From: a virus
Reading direction: 5' to 3' (one strand)
IMG/VR virus record: IMGVR_UViG_3300050120_000255
Coordinates: 14,491-78,490 of that record
DNA: 64,000 nt
The notes below the pieces were generated by a model. It saw only the letters and a list, made by a program, of their open reading frames with translations. It was not told the DNA's origin and searched no databases. A program made the position numbers and the translations under genes. Positions 27,762 through 37,120 of this stretch are shown here, piece after piece (position 1 is the first letter of the stretch; each line of letters starts with the position of its first letter).

Positions 27762-29222
27762 CTAATTCAGGTAGCGCTCAACCGTATGGACACCATTGTT
27801 CCGATCTTCCTGCTCCGCGGCGAGGCGGCGGTAGAATTCAACCATGCCGGACGTGTCAGCGGTCCCGAGGAGGTCGGTCGCGGCCCAGACATATGCGTCG
27901 GCGTGGTCAGGCGATCCCGCGCCCTTGTAGCCACCCTCTGAGAATGCGCAGAGCTGATCCTCGAGAATCGGAAAATCCCCGACGTGATGGATGCGGCCGG
28001 CAGCGGCGTGGACCGAGATCGGCTCGGCCCGGACGATCTTGCCTCGGGTCGCGGAAACGAGCCTAACGGGAACGTTCGGGTCGACTGCTTGTATGGTGGA
28101 CCGAACCATCTCCCCGCCGAAGTTTGCCTCGGCTATGATCGCGTCGGCGCTGTATTGGTGGTAGAGAGCGACCGCCCTCGTCGCCCATTGCTGCGGGCCG
28201 GCGCGCAGCGATCCGTCCTCAAGCACAAAGGCGTGGCCGATCATATTTTTGGCCATGACGACAATTCCGATTTCGTCCTTTGACGTGTCCTCTTCGTTTC
28301 GGGCGCCCGATGGATCGACCGCGACGACCACGCGCTGGCGATCGGAGATGGGGATCTCGCTCGGCTCGACGCGGTTTTTCGCGATGCTTTCGTAGGTCCA
28401 GAGCGCGCCCTCGACCTCGTCGACGAACACCCCCTCAAAGAAGCGCTTGCGCTGCTTGTCCGGCTGGTAGGCTAAGCTATCCAGAAACTTTTTGCTCAGG
28501 TTGTGAGCGTTATCAACCGGATTGAGGTTCGCATAGACGTATTCGTGCGGATCGCGGAGCTTTTTCTTGCTGACCGGGTCGACCTTTTGAACGAAAAGCT
28601 GGTTGGTCCAATGCGACTTGCCGACGGGGTTCAAATCGACGTAGGCGCGCTGCGGTATGGCATCATGCACCTGCGCCAGGCGGGTCATCGCGACAAGGAA
28701 CGACGCGAACGGGATCTGCGACGCCTCGTTGAGGAAAATCGTTGAAAACTCGGTGCCCAGGATCTTTTCGACGCGTTCTTTGTCGTCGAGGCCACCGATC
28801 CAGATCTGAGAGCCGTTCGGAAGCTGAAAATATCCGTCCTGCCGGGCTTCTTCGAGCTTGAGGCCGGGGAAACAGATCCGAACGACGTTGGGCAGCGTGT
28901 CGAGCGCCAATGAGTGCCGCGCCGCGTTGCCGCGGAACCTCAGCATGGCGTGGCGTGTCCCCGCCGCCATCGCCGCGCGCTTGAGGATGGCCCGAACGAT
29001 CAGAAAGGTCTTGCCGGAGCGCGTCCCGCCGTAGAGGCAGGAATGCCGCGCGACCGGCGCGGCTAGCGCCTCCCACGCCGCGCGCTGCTTCGGGCTGACT
29101 AGGATCTGCTCCGGTTTCAGCTCCGGCTTCCGGCCCTCCCCTATTTCGAGGAGTTGGGCTCGCGTCGCCTTTGGCCCGAATATTGACATTTCCTTCACGG
29201 ACGGGAGGAGATACTCGGACAC
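27762..29222 (-). CDS. terminase large subunit
   Basis: Walker A GGTRSGKT, FLNEASQ, LNP, nuclease VDPS and SPDHADA. Confidence 0.95.
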   Translation of the reverse strand: MSEYLLPSVKEMSIFGPKATRAQLLEIGEGRKPELKPEQILVSPKQRAAWEALAAPVARHSCLYGGTRSGKTFLIVRAILKRAAMAAGTRHAMLRFRGNAARHSLALDTLPNVVRICFPGLKLEEARQDGYFQLPNGSQIWIGGLDDKERVEKILGTEFSTIFLNEASQIPFASFLVAMTRLAQVHDAIPQRAYVDLNPVGKSHWTNQLFVQKVDPVSKKKLRDPHEYVYANLNPVDNAHNLSKKFLDSLAYQPDKQRKRFFEGVFVDEVEGALWTYESIAKNRVEPSEIPISDRQRVVVAVDPSGARNEEDTSKDEIGIVVMAKNMIGHAFVLEDGSLRAGPQQWATRAVALYHQYSADAIIAEANFGGEMVRSTIQAVDPNVPVRLVSATRGKIVRAEPISVHAAAGRIHHVGDFPILEDQLCAFSEGGYKGAGSPDHADAYVWAATDLLGTADTSGMVEFYRRLAAEQEDRNNGVHTVERYLN

Positions 29223-29836
29223 TAGAGACCCTTATCCTCCTCGCCGAAATTCAGCGTAATCGGATCTTGGTTGACCTTCTCGTCGATGCTGAACGCCACG
29301 CGCTCGAGGCCCTGGACCCGTGTGTGGATACGAGAGAGCTTCTCGATGATGTCGGACACCGATTCCTTGTTGTTCATGAACGGCGCCTCTATCTCAGATC
29401 CATCCACGAAGATCTTGATAGGCTTACCGTCCATATAGGCGTCGAGGCGCTCGGTCAGTTTCGAGGTGATGCCGCGCAGGCGCCGGAGGTCTTTTCGATG
29501 TTCTAGAACAACGAGAACCGCCGACTGCGCCATCGCCTGAACCATTCGTTCCTCGTCTTCAAGGAACTTGGTGTTGGAGGGCGCGAGGTTGCGACCTTTG
29601 CCGTCATCATCAGGTTTGTGCTCTTCGGCAAGCCGGCTTTGCAGAGCGATCTTAAAACGGTCTTTGAGATCCCGCTGCCAATTTTCAGACTTGGCGCGCT
29701 TGAGGAGCATCTGCGTCGACATATTGAATTGTTTGGCGAGAGCCGCGTCGGAAATATTCCCGATACGCCATTTAAGCTCTACCGCCTTCCAATCGTACCG
29801 CGGCCGGGTGTCGGGAATTTTTTCAAGCGCCGTCAT
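29222..29836 (-). CDS. terminase small subunit (putative)
   Basis: N-terminal HTH (DW..VE..W..G..S..LA...KRAK.E.W.RDL); directly upstream of TerL. Confidence 0.75.
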   Translation of the reverse strand: MTALEKIPDTRPRYDWKAVELKWRIGNISDAALAKQFNMSTQMLLKRAKSENWQRDLKDRFKIALQSRLAEEHKPDDDGKGRNLAPSNTKFLEDEERMVQAMAQSAVLVVLEHRKDLRRLRGITSKLTERLDAYMDGKPIKIFVDGSEIEAPFMNNKESVSDIIEKLSRIHTRVQGLERVAFSIDEKVNQDPITLNFGEEDKGL

Positions 29837-30180
29837 GAATCCAATCCTACGAAAAATACACATCTCGCGCCCGAGGGGCCGCTGTCGAATACCCGCATTT
29901 TAACGCGGTCAGCGGAGATCATCGGCCAGACCGGGGCGTGAACGGTTTGGGGAATTCCCCGCTGTTTGATCAGGCGTTGCGATTGGATCTCGGCCATGGC
30001 CTTACTTTCAGCGTCAGAGACGTGGACCGCCCACTGCAACTCCTCGATCGCCTGGTCGCGATAGATGTGACCGTGCTCACCAGCCATTGAGGGTAGAGTG
30101 AAGGTCTTCTGCACCATTACGAAAGGCCAGCTCGATCCGACGGCGCGGTCCTCGTCCTGCTTCGAATTCTTCCGGCTCAT
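29833..30180 (-). CDS. hypothetical protein
   Basis: ATGA-coupled on both sides. Confidence 0.6.
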   Translation of the reverse strand: MSRKNSKQDEDRAVGSSWPFVMVQKTFTLPSMAGEHGHIYRDQAIEELQWAVHVSDAESKAMAEIQSQRLIKQRGIPQTVHAPVWPMISADRVKMRVFDSGPSGARCVFFVGLDS

Positions 30181-30542
30181 TTACCGCGCTCGTCGCGCGC
30201 CGATGCATAGATCGGGTTTTTACACTCCGCACTCCATTCCCCGGTTGCCGCGTATTTGGCGATGGTGTCTGCATTCTCAAACAGCCGCCGGATCGTCGCG
30301 GAATTGTCGAAGCTGTGCTCGCCGATCAATAATTCGATTGCCCGCAGCCGGACGTTGGCCAGCAGGCGGACCCCGGCGAGTTCGGAATTGGTCAGCGCCC
30401 TCGCCTGGATATCTGGGTCTGGAAGCGGATGGGCTGTCCAAGTCCCGACCTTGACCTCAAGCTCGTAGACCTGGCTTTGGAGCCCCATCTGCTGCAATCG
30501 GAGGGTACTGAGGTCGCTTGCCGTTTGTGCGTCTTGAGTCAT
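30177..30542 (-). CDS. hypothetical protein
   Basis: GGAGG RBS before ATG 30542. Confidence 0.6.
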   Translation of the reverse strand: MTQDAQTASDLSTLRLQQMGLQSQVYELEVKVGTWTAHPLPDPDIQARALTNSELAGVRLLANVRLRAIELLIGEHSFDNSATIRRLFENADTIAKYAATGEWSAECKNPIYASARDERGK

Positions 30543-30653
30543 TTTTTTAATCCTCCGTTGCGAGGGGAAGTCTGGCGGGGCCGGAGACGCTCTCATGGTC
30601 AAAGCATCTGTTTTGGTAGGAGCGCTCGCGCTATCCCCGCCAGATTTAATCAT

Positions 30654-30682
30654 CGTATAGAAGATGATCTATTCGATGTCAA
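30654..30682 (-). promoter_or_regulatory. sigma70-like promoter overlapped by the 19-bp palindrome
   Basis: TTGACA-17-TATACG; palindrome at 30669-30687. Confidence 0.6.
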
Positions 30683-30841
30683 GATAGATAGAAAGCGGCG
30701 TTTAATTTATCCACTCAGGAAAACGCCGAAAGACTGAGGCAACTCCCTGTAGCCGGAGGGAAAGGACAAAACCTTCACGGCAGGGATGGACGCCATTTCT
30801 CGGGCTTGGGCTAAATGAGCATGGCACCGAGGCGTGTCCAT

Positions 30842-30870
30842 TTTGTAACAGTGATCTATCACTATGTCAA
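30842..30870 (-). promoter_or_regulatory. sigma70-like promoter overlapped by the 19-bp palindrome
   Basis: TTGACA-17-TACAAA; palindrome at 30856-30874. Confidence 0.55.
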
Positions 30871-30871
30871 A

Positions 30872-30910
30872 TAGACGAAAGGGCCCGGATTTCTCCGAGC
30901 CCTCCTGTCG
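30872..30910 (-). terminator. putative intrinsic terminator
   Basis: AGGGCTCGGA-GAAA-TCCGGGCCCT followed by TTCGTCTATTT. Confidence 0.45.
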
Positions 30911-30983
30911 TGGCCTACTGACCAATCATCGCCGCTCTTCCCTTTCGGGCGCTTTCAAGCGTGTTGGGATTTCGCCACGGCAT

Positions 30984-31463
30984 TCACGGCGTCCCGGGCC
31001 ATCTGGTTACGGAGCCCGGCGCGGTCAAGTGCACGGTCTGGATACCGAGCGCAAGTTTCGTGTCGTTGAGATTGCTGATCAGGGTTTCTTGCCGCCAGGC
31101 CAGCGTCGCCCACTCCTGGTTCGCTGTGTCCGCCTTCTCGAGTGCCGCTTGGACGCGCTCCAGTTCCTTTTCAACGATTTGGATATACCCTTCCCTATTA
31201 TCGTTGATCCTGGCAAGCGCTATGATTTCGGCTTTCTGCTGCTCGTTGAGGTCATGCAAGGAGGTATTGGCCGCTAGAAGGACTTGAATGTTTACCTGCT
31301 CGCCGTCAACCTCGGAGGTCAGGCCGGCATCGACTTCCTGATCCAGGGCAGCGTTTACGGTTTCAAGCTCATCCTGCAGCCGCGCGCGATCGGCGACTGC
31401 GGTTTCGTAATGCTTAAACAAGAGGCCGGCCACTCCGGCGTCGACTCGCAATTCGATTGCCAT
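30984..31463 (-). CDS. coiled-coil hypothetical protein
   Basis: AAGGAG RBS before ATG 31463. Confidence 0.65.
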   Translation of the reverse strand: MAIELRVDAGVAGLLFKHYETAVADRARLQDELETVNAALDQEVDAGLTSEVDGEQVNIQVLLAANTSLHDLNEQQKAEIIALARINDNREGYIQIVEKELERVQAALEKADTANQEWATLAWRQETLISNLNDTKLALGIQTVHLTAPGSVTRWPGTP

Positions 31464-31498
31464 GAAATTCTCCTTTGGTTGCAAAATGGATCTAGAAA

Positions 31499-31729
31499 TT
31501 ACGCGGTGCCGGGGGAAGCCTCGGCGTGGCAAAGCATATGGAACGCGACGGCCCACATAGCGTTGAGTACCTTCATCGTCTCGGTCGAGAAACCCCGCAG
31601 GATTGCATCCCCGGCAGCCTCATCAACTTGACGAGCGGCTGCCGACATGGCCTGGGAGCGCTCTTGGTTGCCGAGCTTCCATTGCGCGTCAGCAGCCCTC
31701 CGCAGCTTCCCCGCTATGTCAGTGGTCAT
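31499..31729 (-). CDS. hypothetical protein
   Basis: GAGG RBS; overlaps the upstream gene end. Confidence 0.55.
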   Translation of the reverse strand: MTTDIAGKLRRAADAQWKLGNQERSQAMSAAARQVDEAAGDAILRGFSTETMKVLNAMWAVAFHMLCHAEASPGTA

Positions 31730-32129
31730 AGAGGACCTCGCGCCAATGGAGGACCGAGCCACCGTCTGTCTTCGTCACGGCGCCGTCGGCAGGAACATGG
31801 GCTTTGTTCCACAACGAGAAGAACAGTGGCGGCGCTGGCTTGGCGAAGTCCTCGTCTTCTTCCTGTTGAACGAATTCCTCGTCGACGTCCTCATGAATCC
31901 ACTCAACCAATCGATCGCGATTCTGGGAACGCCCTGAGATGTCGTATTCGAGGACCTGGGCGACCCAATCGATGCCTTCGCGAAGGATGAGGACGCGCAG
32001 CGGTCCGGAGATCGGCGGCCTTGTCGAGTTCGCCGCGGGTGGCGGGGCGTAGTTGCCACAGGTCTTAGCGAGCGGTTGAAGAAGGGACATACGCACCAGC
32101 TCGCTCGGGTACTGATTGACTTCGGTCAT
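31719..32129 (-). CDS. hypothetical protein
   Basis: TGATG-coupled to the last wHTH paralog. Confidence 0.5.
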   Translation of the reverse strand: MTEVNQYPSELVRMSLLQPLAKTCGNYAPPPAANSTRPPISGPLRVLILREGIDWVAQVLEYDISGRSQNRDRLVEWIHEDVDEEFVQQEEDEDFAKPAPPLFFSLWNKAHVPADGAVTKTDGGSVLHWREVLYDH

Positions 32130-32362
32130 CAAATTGATTTTCCTTTCCGCGGGCTCTCCGCCCAAACAGTTTGAAGACTTGCAAGACGGATCTCTCCCGC
32201 GGCGCGGCGCTTGCGGATGATCGCGACGGCCGAGACGTGCGCTTCGAGATCAGTGGCGCCGTGCAGCTTCGCGACCGACTTGAGGCCATCGCCCGTGAAC
32301 GGACTCTGCCGCATCAGCGCGGCGACGTGCTGCTCGAAGGCGGAGCGGTTGAAGGCGCTCAT
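32129..32362 (-). CDS. winged-helix-like paralog 7
   Basis: FEQHVAALMRQSPF...IIRKRRAAGEI...VW; ATGA-coupled. Confidence 0.65.
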   Translation of the reverse strand: MSAFNRSAFEQHVAALMRQSPFTGDGLKSVAKLHGATDLEAHVSAVAIIRKRRAAGEIRLASLQTVWAESPRKGKSI

Positions 32363-32571
32363 GTCGTGAACCACCGCTTCAATCCTCGGTCGTAAACAGC
32401 CTCGTCGGCGCGGCGCATCCGTTGCATGAGGGCGCTGGCGACTGCCCGCGCGTTCTGCGCGTCGCATCCGTACCGGATCGCGATGGCCGCGATGTCATCG
32501 ATCAGAAGAGCCCAGCCGTACAGCCGGACCCGCACATCCTGGCGAAACTGGATTTGGTTGAAGGCGCTCAC
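32359..32571 (-). CDS. winged-helix-like paralog 6
   Basis: FRQDVRVRL...LMQRMRRADEAVY...RW; GTGA-coupled. Confidence 0.65.
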   Translation of the reverse strand: MSAFNQIQFRQDVRVRLYGWALLIDDIAAIAIRYGCDAQNARAVASALMQRMRRADEAVYDRGLKRWFTT

Positions 32572-32786
32572 TTCGACACCTCCTGCCACGCATGAACCGT
32601 GGGACAATATTTGACCTCCCCAGCCAGGCGACGGATGGAGAGATAGTTGTCGGCGGCCTTTGCCAGTAGCCAATCAGGGCAGCCGAAATTTCCAGCAATC
32701 CCCATTATCTCAGACCGAGTGAATGATCCGTCGGCGGTGCGCTTGCGCGCGGCCGCCTCGAATCCGAGCCTGTCGGACGAGGTCAT
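32568..32786 (-). CDS. winged-helix-like paralog 5
   Basis: FEAAARKRTADGSF...YLSIRRLAGEVKY...AW. Confidence 0.65.
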   Translation of the reverse strand: MTSSDRLGFEAAARKRTADGSFTRSEIMGIAGNFGCPDWLLAKAADNYLSIRRLAGEVKYCPTVHAWQEVSK

Positions 32787-33019
32787 CACTTGGCGACCTC
32801 GAACCACATTGTTGCGCGGCCGGACCGCTCGTGAAAAACCTCGCCGTCCTTGCGGCGCTTTTGCAAGAATCGATCAGCTACCCGATCCGCTCGACTAAAC
32901 GGAAAACCGAACGTTTTGGCGAGCTCCCCCAGTTCTCGTTGCTGGCAGGGTCCGGCACGCAGCGCCTCCCGCGCCGCCTTCTCGAACCCGGCGTTGTCTT
33001 CTTGCAGGGGCGCGCTCAC
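32786..33019 (-). CDS. winged-helix-like paralog 4
   Basis: FEKAAREALRAGP...ADRFLQKRRKDGEVF...MW. Confidence 0.65.
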   Translation of the reverse strand: MSAPLQEDNAGFEKAAREALRAGPCQQRELGELAKTFGFPFSRADRVADRFLQKRRKDGEVFHERSGRATMWFEVAK

Positions 33020-33270
33020 GAACGAAGATCCAAGGACCAGATGGTCCCTAAATTCATCGTCCGGTACGGCAGCGTCAGTTTGCCTGCCTTGCGCAGCTTT
33101 CGGATCAGCCGGCGGACCGCGGCGCGCGGCGAGAAGCCGACATCATATTTGCGCGCCATGTAGACTAGGGCTTTGGTGGGGCAGGTCCATTCGCCGAGGC
33201 GGTGGATTGCGGCAGCTTCGAACGCCTCGACGCCGCCGATTTCGATGTCAGGCGTCAGGGCGGCGCTCAT
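33016..33270 (-). CDS. winged-helix-like paralog 3
   Basis: FEAAAIHRL...LIRKLRKAGKL...IW. Confidence 0.65.
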   Translation of the reverse strand: MSAALTPDIEIGGVEAFEAAAIHRLGEWTCPTKALVYMARKYDVGFSPRAAVRRLIRKLRKAGKLTLPYRTMNLGTIWSLDLRS

Positions 33271-33539
33271 GATCCGCGTCTCCAAAACCGGAGAAGTCGG
33301 CCCGTCCGGCGGAACATCGTTTTGTTGGACATGCAATCATGGAAGGCGACAAACCGCCCGTCCTTCAGGCCATCAGCAACGAACTTGCGAGCATCAATGA
33401 AGGCTTCCGAGAGGGACCCGGCGTGAAACTGTGTGATGACCGCAATGTCATTCACCTCGAACGGGCTGCTGCGAATGCGGGCCTCTACCAGTGCCTCGGC
33501 GATGATCTGATTATCAGGCGCGGGAGCCGCGGCGCTCAT
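33267..33539 (-). CDS. winged-helix-like paralog 2
   Basis: EALVEARIRSSPF...FVADGLKDGRF...MF. Confidence 0.6.
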   Translation of the reverse strand: MSAAAPAPDNQIIAEALVEARIRSSPFEVNDIAVITQFHAGSLSEAFIDARKFVADGLKDGRFVAFHDCMSNKTMFRRTGRLLRFWRRGS

Positions 33540-33859
33540 AGGAACTTGCCCGCGATGAAGCCGGCAGCGACAGCGAGCGTAAGGAAGACGACGATCTCCC
33601 AAACGACGGTTGACGGCGCCTCGTCATCTGAGCCGGCCTCGAGTTTCTGGTAGAGAACTTCCTCGCCGACGCGCACCGGGATGACAGTGCCGCCCTCAAG
33701 GCCGTGTACAATTTCGGCTTCAGCAGAAATCCGGGCCCCCTGGCCAAAGATCCCCTCGTGCATGAGGAAGGTGGACAGACTTTCGACGCTGAACGGTGCG
33801 CCTTCCAAATATTCCTTGCGGCGCGCGACTTTGGCGTCGTCGGACAGGGTCAGTGCCAT
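33536..33859 (-). CDS. winged-helix-like paralog 1 with C-terminal TM anchor
   Basis: EYLEGAPF...IVHGLEGGTV...LY, then WEIVVFLTLAVAAGFIAGKFL; AAGGAG RBS. Confidence 0.6.
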   Translation of the reverse strand: MALTLSDDAKVARRKEYLEGAPFSVESLSTFLMHEGIFGQGARISAEAEIVHGLEGGTVIPVRVGEEVLYQKLEAGSDDEAPSTVVWEIVVFLTLAVAAGFIAGKFL

Positions 33860-33893
33860 GAAATCGAATCTCCTTTGTGATTTGGTTGCATTG

Positions 33894-33924
33894 CTATCCT
33901 GACGTCTAATAGACTAGGAGTCAA
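33894..33924 (-). promoter_or_regulatory. putative leftward promoter with overlapping 19-bp palindrome
   Basis: TTGACT-17-CAGGAT; palindrome at 33894-33912. Confidence 0.45.
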
Positions 33925-34632
33925 GTGATAGATAGGTCAGAGACCGATCTTTTTTGGGCCGGTTTGGGCCACGATTTAGGGGTGATTTAGGGGCGCTTTT
34001 GTTCGTTAAAAGTGATCAGAAATGAATCGAGGCTGGCTATTTCACCAAAACAGTCCGGGAAATCGGCCTGATCATGTGTAAAATCAACAATTTAGTCCCG
34101 ATTTAGCCCTTAGAGTGACTCGGCCTGTTTGAGGGGCGCCGGCCGCGCGGCGGGACTGGTCGTATCCTGTTGATTTTGCTTCGAAGTCGGTATGCCGGCA
34201 TCGGCCTCGGAGAACTTTTCTGTTAACCCGGATTTGGAGAACTCCGGGGTAAAAAATCCGAGGGGGAGTATCTTATTGAAACTATTTTGTAAAATAGGAT
34301 TGGGATGGCCTAGAATAAAAATCAGGGCCTGTTTGACCGCATTGATCGCTAAGTCATTGGCACTATTTTGTACAATTGGGTTTGGGAGGTCGCGAGGAAA
34401 AATTGGGTAAATAGGGTATCCACGGCGCCCAATCCGATCGATTCAAACGCCTTGCCCTCCTCGAGCCGCGTGTCGCTCGATATCGGCTTGCCTTCATCGA
34501 ACAGGTATATCTATCTATCCTATCACGTCTTTGTGATAACAAACGTGTTCCTAACCATCGAATAGATAGTGACACAATGCGCATAACAAAATACGGTCTA
34601 TCTTGTAGCAACGAACGAAGCGAGCAAAGACA

Positions 34633-34830
34633 ATGAACGGCATGTTTCAAGCACTCTGCCCGGATAGCCGAAGCATATTGGCAAGCATCTACATGAACAT
34701 AGAAGTTTGGCAGGACTGGTTAGACTTTCTCGCCGTCATTGACAAGCGCGGATATGGTGACTTCATGTCTTTCGCGGAATGGTGCGGTGTAGAGCCGTAC
34801 CGCGCCGACACTGGTATAATTTGGTGCTAA
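34633..34830 (+). CDS. hypothetical protein
   Basis: First rightward ORF after the divergent non-coding region. Confidence 0.45.
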   Translation: MNGMFQALCPDSRSILASIYMNIEVWQDWLDFLAVIDKRGYGDFMSFAEWCGVEPYRADTGIIWC

Positions 34831-34862
34831 TCCTATCATCACATCTAACAGGAGCGACTCCC

Positions 34863-35060
34863 ATGCTTATTTCAGACAACAATGAACCGGCTACTATCCA
34901 TGATTTGGACAAGGCGCGCAGAGCCGCAAACCTTGCGCGACATGAGATAGTTAAGCGCCAGTCTGAACAACGCGCCCATGATCGTCGCACCGTTGCGGAA
35001 TATCGTGACGGACGCAAAGCACGCCGCTTCGCTGGATCACTCTTTATCATCGAGGATTGA
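34863..35060 (+). CDS. hypothetical protein
   Basis: AGGAG RBS before ATG 34863. Confidence 0.55.
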   Translation: MLISDNNEPATIHDLDKARRAANLARHEIVKRQSEQRAHDRRTVAEYRDGRKARRFAGSLFIIED

Positions 35061-35128
35061 TCTATCAGTACAGCGCATAGCACGCGCTGTATCAATGGAT
35101 CAATTCCGATCTAACAGGATGACCGGCT

Positions 35129-35554
35129 ATGGCGCAGAAACTTGACACTTTGACGGTTTGGAATTTTGAGACTGCCCGCTTCACAATCGCCTTGGAAATC
35201 GATTACCTCGATTACTTCACCTATGACGGCGACGACGAAGGCGGCGAGATTCAAGCTAATTTACGAAAAGGTGATTACGTAGCGTTCGATTCGCAAGTTG
35301 TTGTTTATCTGGATGGTCAAGAAATCGGGTTTGCTTCGCTTGGCGGTTCGATCTATGCCCGGAACGAAGTAAGCGACTTTTGGACGGCTCATCGCGACCC
35401 GGACCCAATGAATCGCAATTGCTCGACCATGCGCGCGGCGCGCGGCGAAAATTGCTCAGTCGGCCACTATTTCCCCGACATGATTCGCGAAGCGGTTGCG
35501 GGGGCGCGCAAAGCTTTGCGCGCCCGCCCCGCTATTCGTGCGAACGCCGCGTGA
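35129..35554 (+). CDS. phage hypothetical protein
   Basis: 141 aa; HYFPDMIREAV..AR ending common in phage early proteins. Confidence 0.65.
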   Translation: MAQKLDTLTVWNFETARFTIALEIDYLDYFTYDGDDEGGEIQANLRKGDYVAFDSQVVVYLDGQEIGFASLGGSIYARNEVSDFWTAHRDPDPMNRNCSTMRAARGENCSVGHYFPDMIREAVAGARKALRARPAIRANAA

Positions 35555-35745
35555 CCGGCGCCGCGATCAAGGCGCACGCGCAGCGCGGTGGAATGCAGCT
35601 AGCTGAAGTCAAGCGCTTAATGCGCACAAACGACAACTGCAAAGCGACAAAGTTTTTGCAGTTTTGGCGCAACCGGCCGGACGCCAAGTTTGGCGACGCC
35701 TGGAGCGCATACCAAGATCAACATCTTAGAGAGAAAGGATTCTGA
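35551..35745 (+). CDS. hypothetical protein
   Basis: GTGA overlap. Confidence 0.45.
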   Translation: MTGAAIKAHAQRGGMQLAEVKRLMRTNDNCKATKFLQFWRNRPDAKFGDAWSAYQDQHLREKGF

Positions 35746-35746
35746 C

Positions 35747-35980
35747 ATGACCATTATCAGTCAGGGCAAACGATTCGAGTTAATTTCATACGGCAACGGC
35801 GCGGCCTATTGCTTGCGCGACAAGCCTGCCAAAATGTCAATCGTCACGCAATACGGCGACGACTCGGCCGTTTTCCGCAATGACTTTGACGCTATCGAAT
35901 CGGCTCGGCCGGATGATCCAAACGACTCGGTACTAGGCGAACTTTGGGACTGGTACGGCGACGTAGCGCAGGAGGATTAG
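35747..35980 (+). CDS. hypothetical protein
   Basis: AAGGA RBS. Confidence 0.6.
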   Translation: MTIISQGKRFELISYGNGAAYCLRDKPAKMSIVTQYGDDSAVFRNDFDAIESARPDDPNDSVLGELWDWYGDVAQED

Positions 35981-36075
35981 TTGAACTATTTTGTTCAAAC
36001 CGGCTCCCCGTCTATTGCATGTTCGAACAGATTTGGTACTATCCATCCGATGAAACGCAAATGAGGGATAGGAAG

Positions 36076-36285
36076 ATGACTAAGCGCAAGAATGTCGAGG
36101 AATTTTCCGAGTCCCTCGACGGGCGCAGGCACAAGGCGGATGACAAATGGCTGCGGCGCATGGATGCCCGCGACCAAGACATAAAGACCCTCGGCCAACT
36201 CTGCCGCAACGGAGCCACGATTTATTATTCCTTCGCGGTCGGCGGGAAATACCTCGAAAGCGCTAACCCTTACGACCTAGTTTGA
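36076..36285 (+). CDS. hypothetical protein
   Basis: Purine-rich RBS before ATG 36076. Confidence 0.55.
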   Translation: MTKRKNVEEFSESLDGRRHKADDKWLRRMDARDQDIKTLGQLCRNGATIYYSFAVGGKYLESANPYDLV

Positions 36286-36338
36286 CCTCTCACAAGGCGG
36301 CGTTCGCGCCGTCTTCACAACCAAACGAGGATACGGAT

Positions 36339-36512
36339 ATGACAAACGAAGCCAACAACACCAAGACGGTTCGTGACTTCCAAGACTCCGCCTCGGCTCG
36401 CGCTGCCAGCTTCTCTTCCCTTCAATGGCTGCGCGCTTTCACCGTCGAAGAGCACGCTGAGCGCATTCGTATCAGCCAAGATCAACCCAAATGGTTTGAT
36501 AATGCCGAATGA
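36339..36512 (+). CDS. hypothetical protein
   Basis: GAGG RBS. Confidence 0.5.
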   Translation: MTNEANNTKTVRDFQDSASARAASFSSLQWLRAFTVEEHAERIRISQDQPKWFDNAE

Positions 36513-36572
36513 CCATTCACAAGGCGGCGTTAGTCGCCGCCTCAATGAGTGATCCACTAGCAAATCAAGGAT

Positions 36573-36779
36573 ATGAAGATGAAATATTACGTCAAGGCCA
36601 ATATTGACGAGAGGGGGCGGGTTCTAGGCTACGGTGTTTATTTCGAGCCAGTGAAACAACCGGGAATAAACGTTGAGGTTGATGCAGGCTATTTCGAGGT
36701 TCGCGGAAAGCAAACCGCCGCAATTGCGTTGTACCTCGCTAACATGCTGCGCGACGATCTAAACAAACAAATTGCCTGA
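36573..36779 (+). CDS. hypothetical protein
   Basis: AAGGA RBS. Confidence 0.55.
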   Translation: MKMKYYVKANIDERGRVLGYGVYFEPVKQPGINVEVDAGYFEVRGKQTAAIALYLANMLRDDLNKQIA

Positions 36780-36892
36780 CCATTCATCACTGCAACCGAA
36801 ACTAAGGGAACAGAAAATGACTAAGTGGGCATATATTGTCACTGACATGCCTGTGACATACAGTAGACATACCATCCGAAGGGAACACGGTC

Positions 36893-37120
36893 ATGATAAA
36901 CAGCATCCAATCCTACAACATCGATAAGGACGATGACGCCTCGGCTTGGGGCGCTAGCCTCGGTCTTGGTAATGCGATGTTTAAGGAAGTTCCGGTCGGC
37001 GCGCCCTTCCGGTTCGCATCAAGCGAGCAACGTTTCATCAAGACGCGCACGGGCTACAAGCAGCCGGGCATTCCGCATGAATTTAAAACCGGCGCGCGTA
37101 CTGCGGTATTTTTGATCTAA
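36893..37120 (+). CDS. hypothetical protein
   Basis: AAGGGA RBS. Confidence 0.5.
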   Translation: MINSIQSYNIDKDDDASAWGASLGLGNAMFKEVPVGAPFRFASSEQRFIKTRTGYKQPGIPHEFKTGARTAVFLI

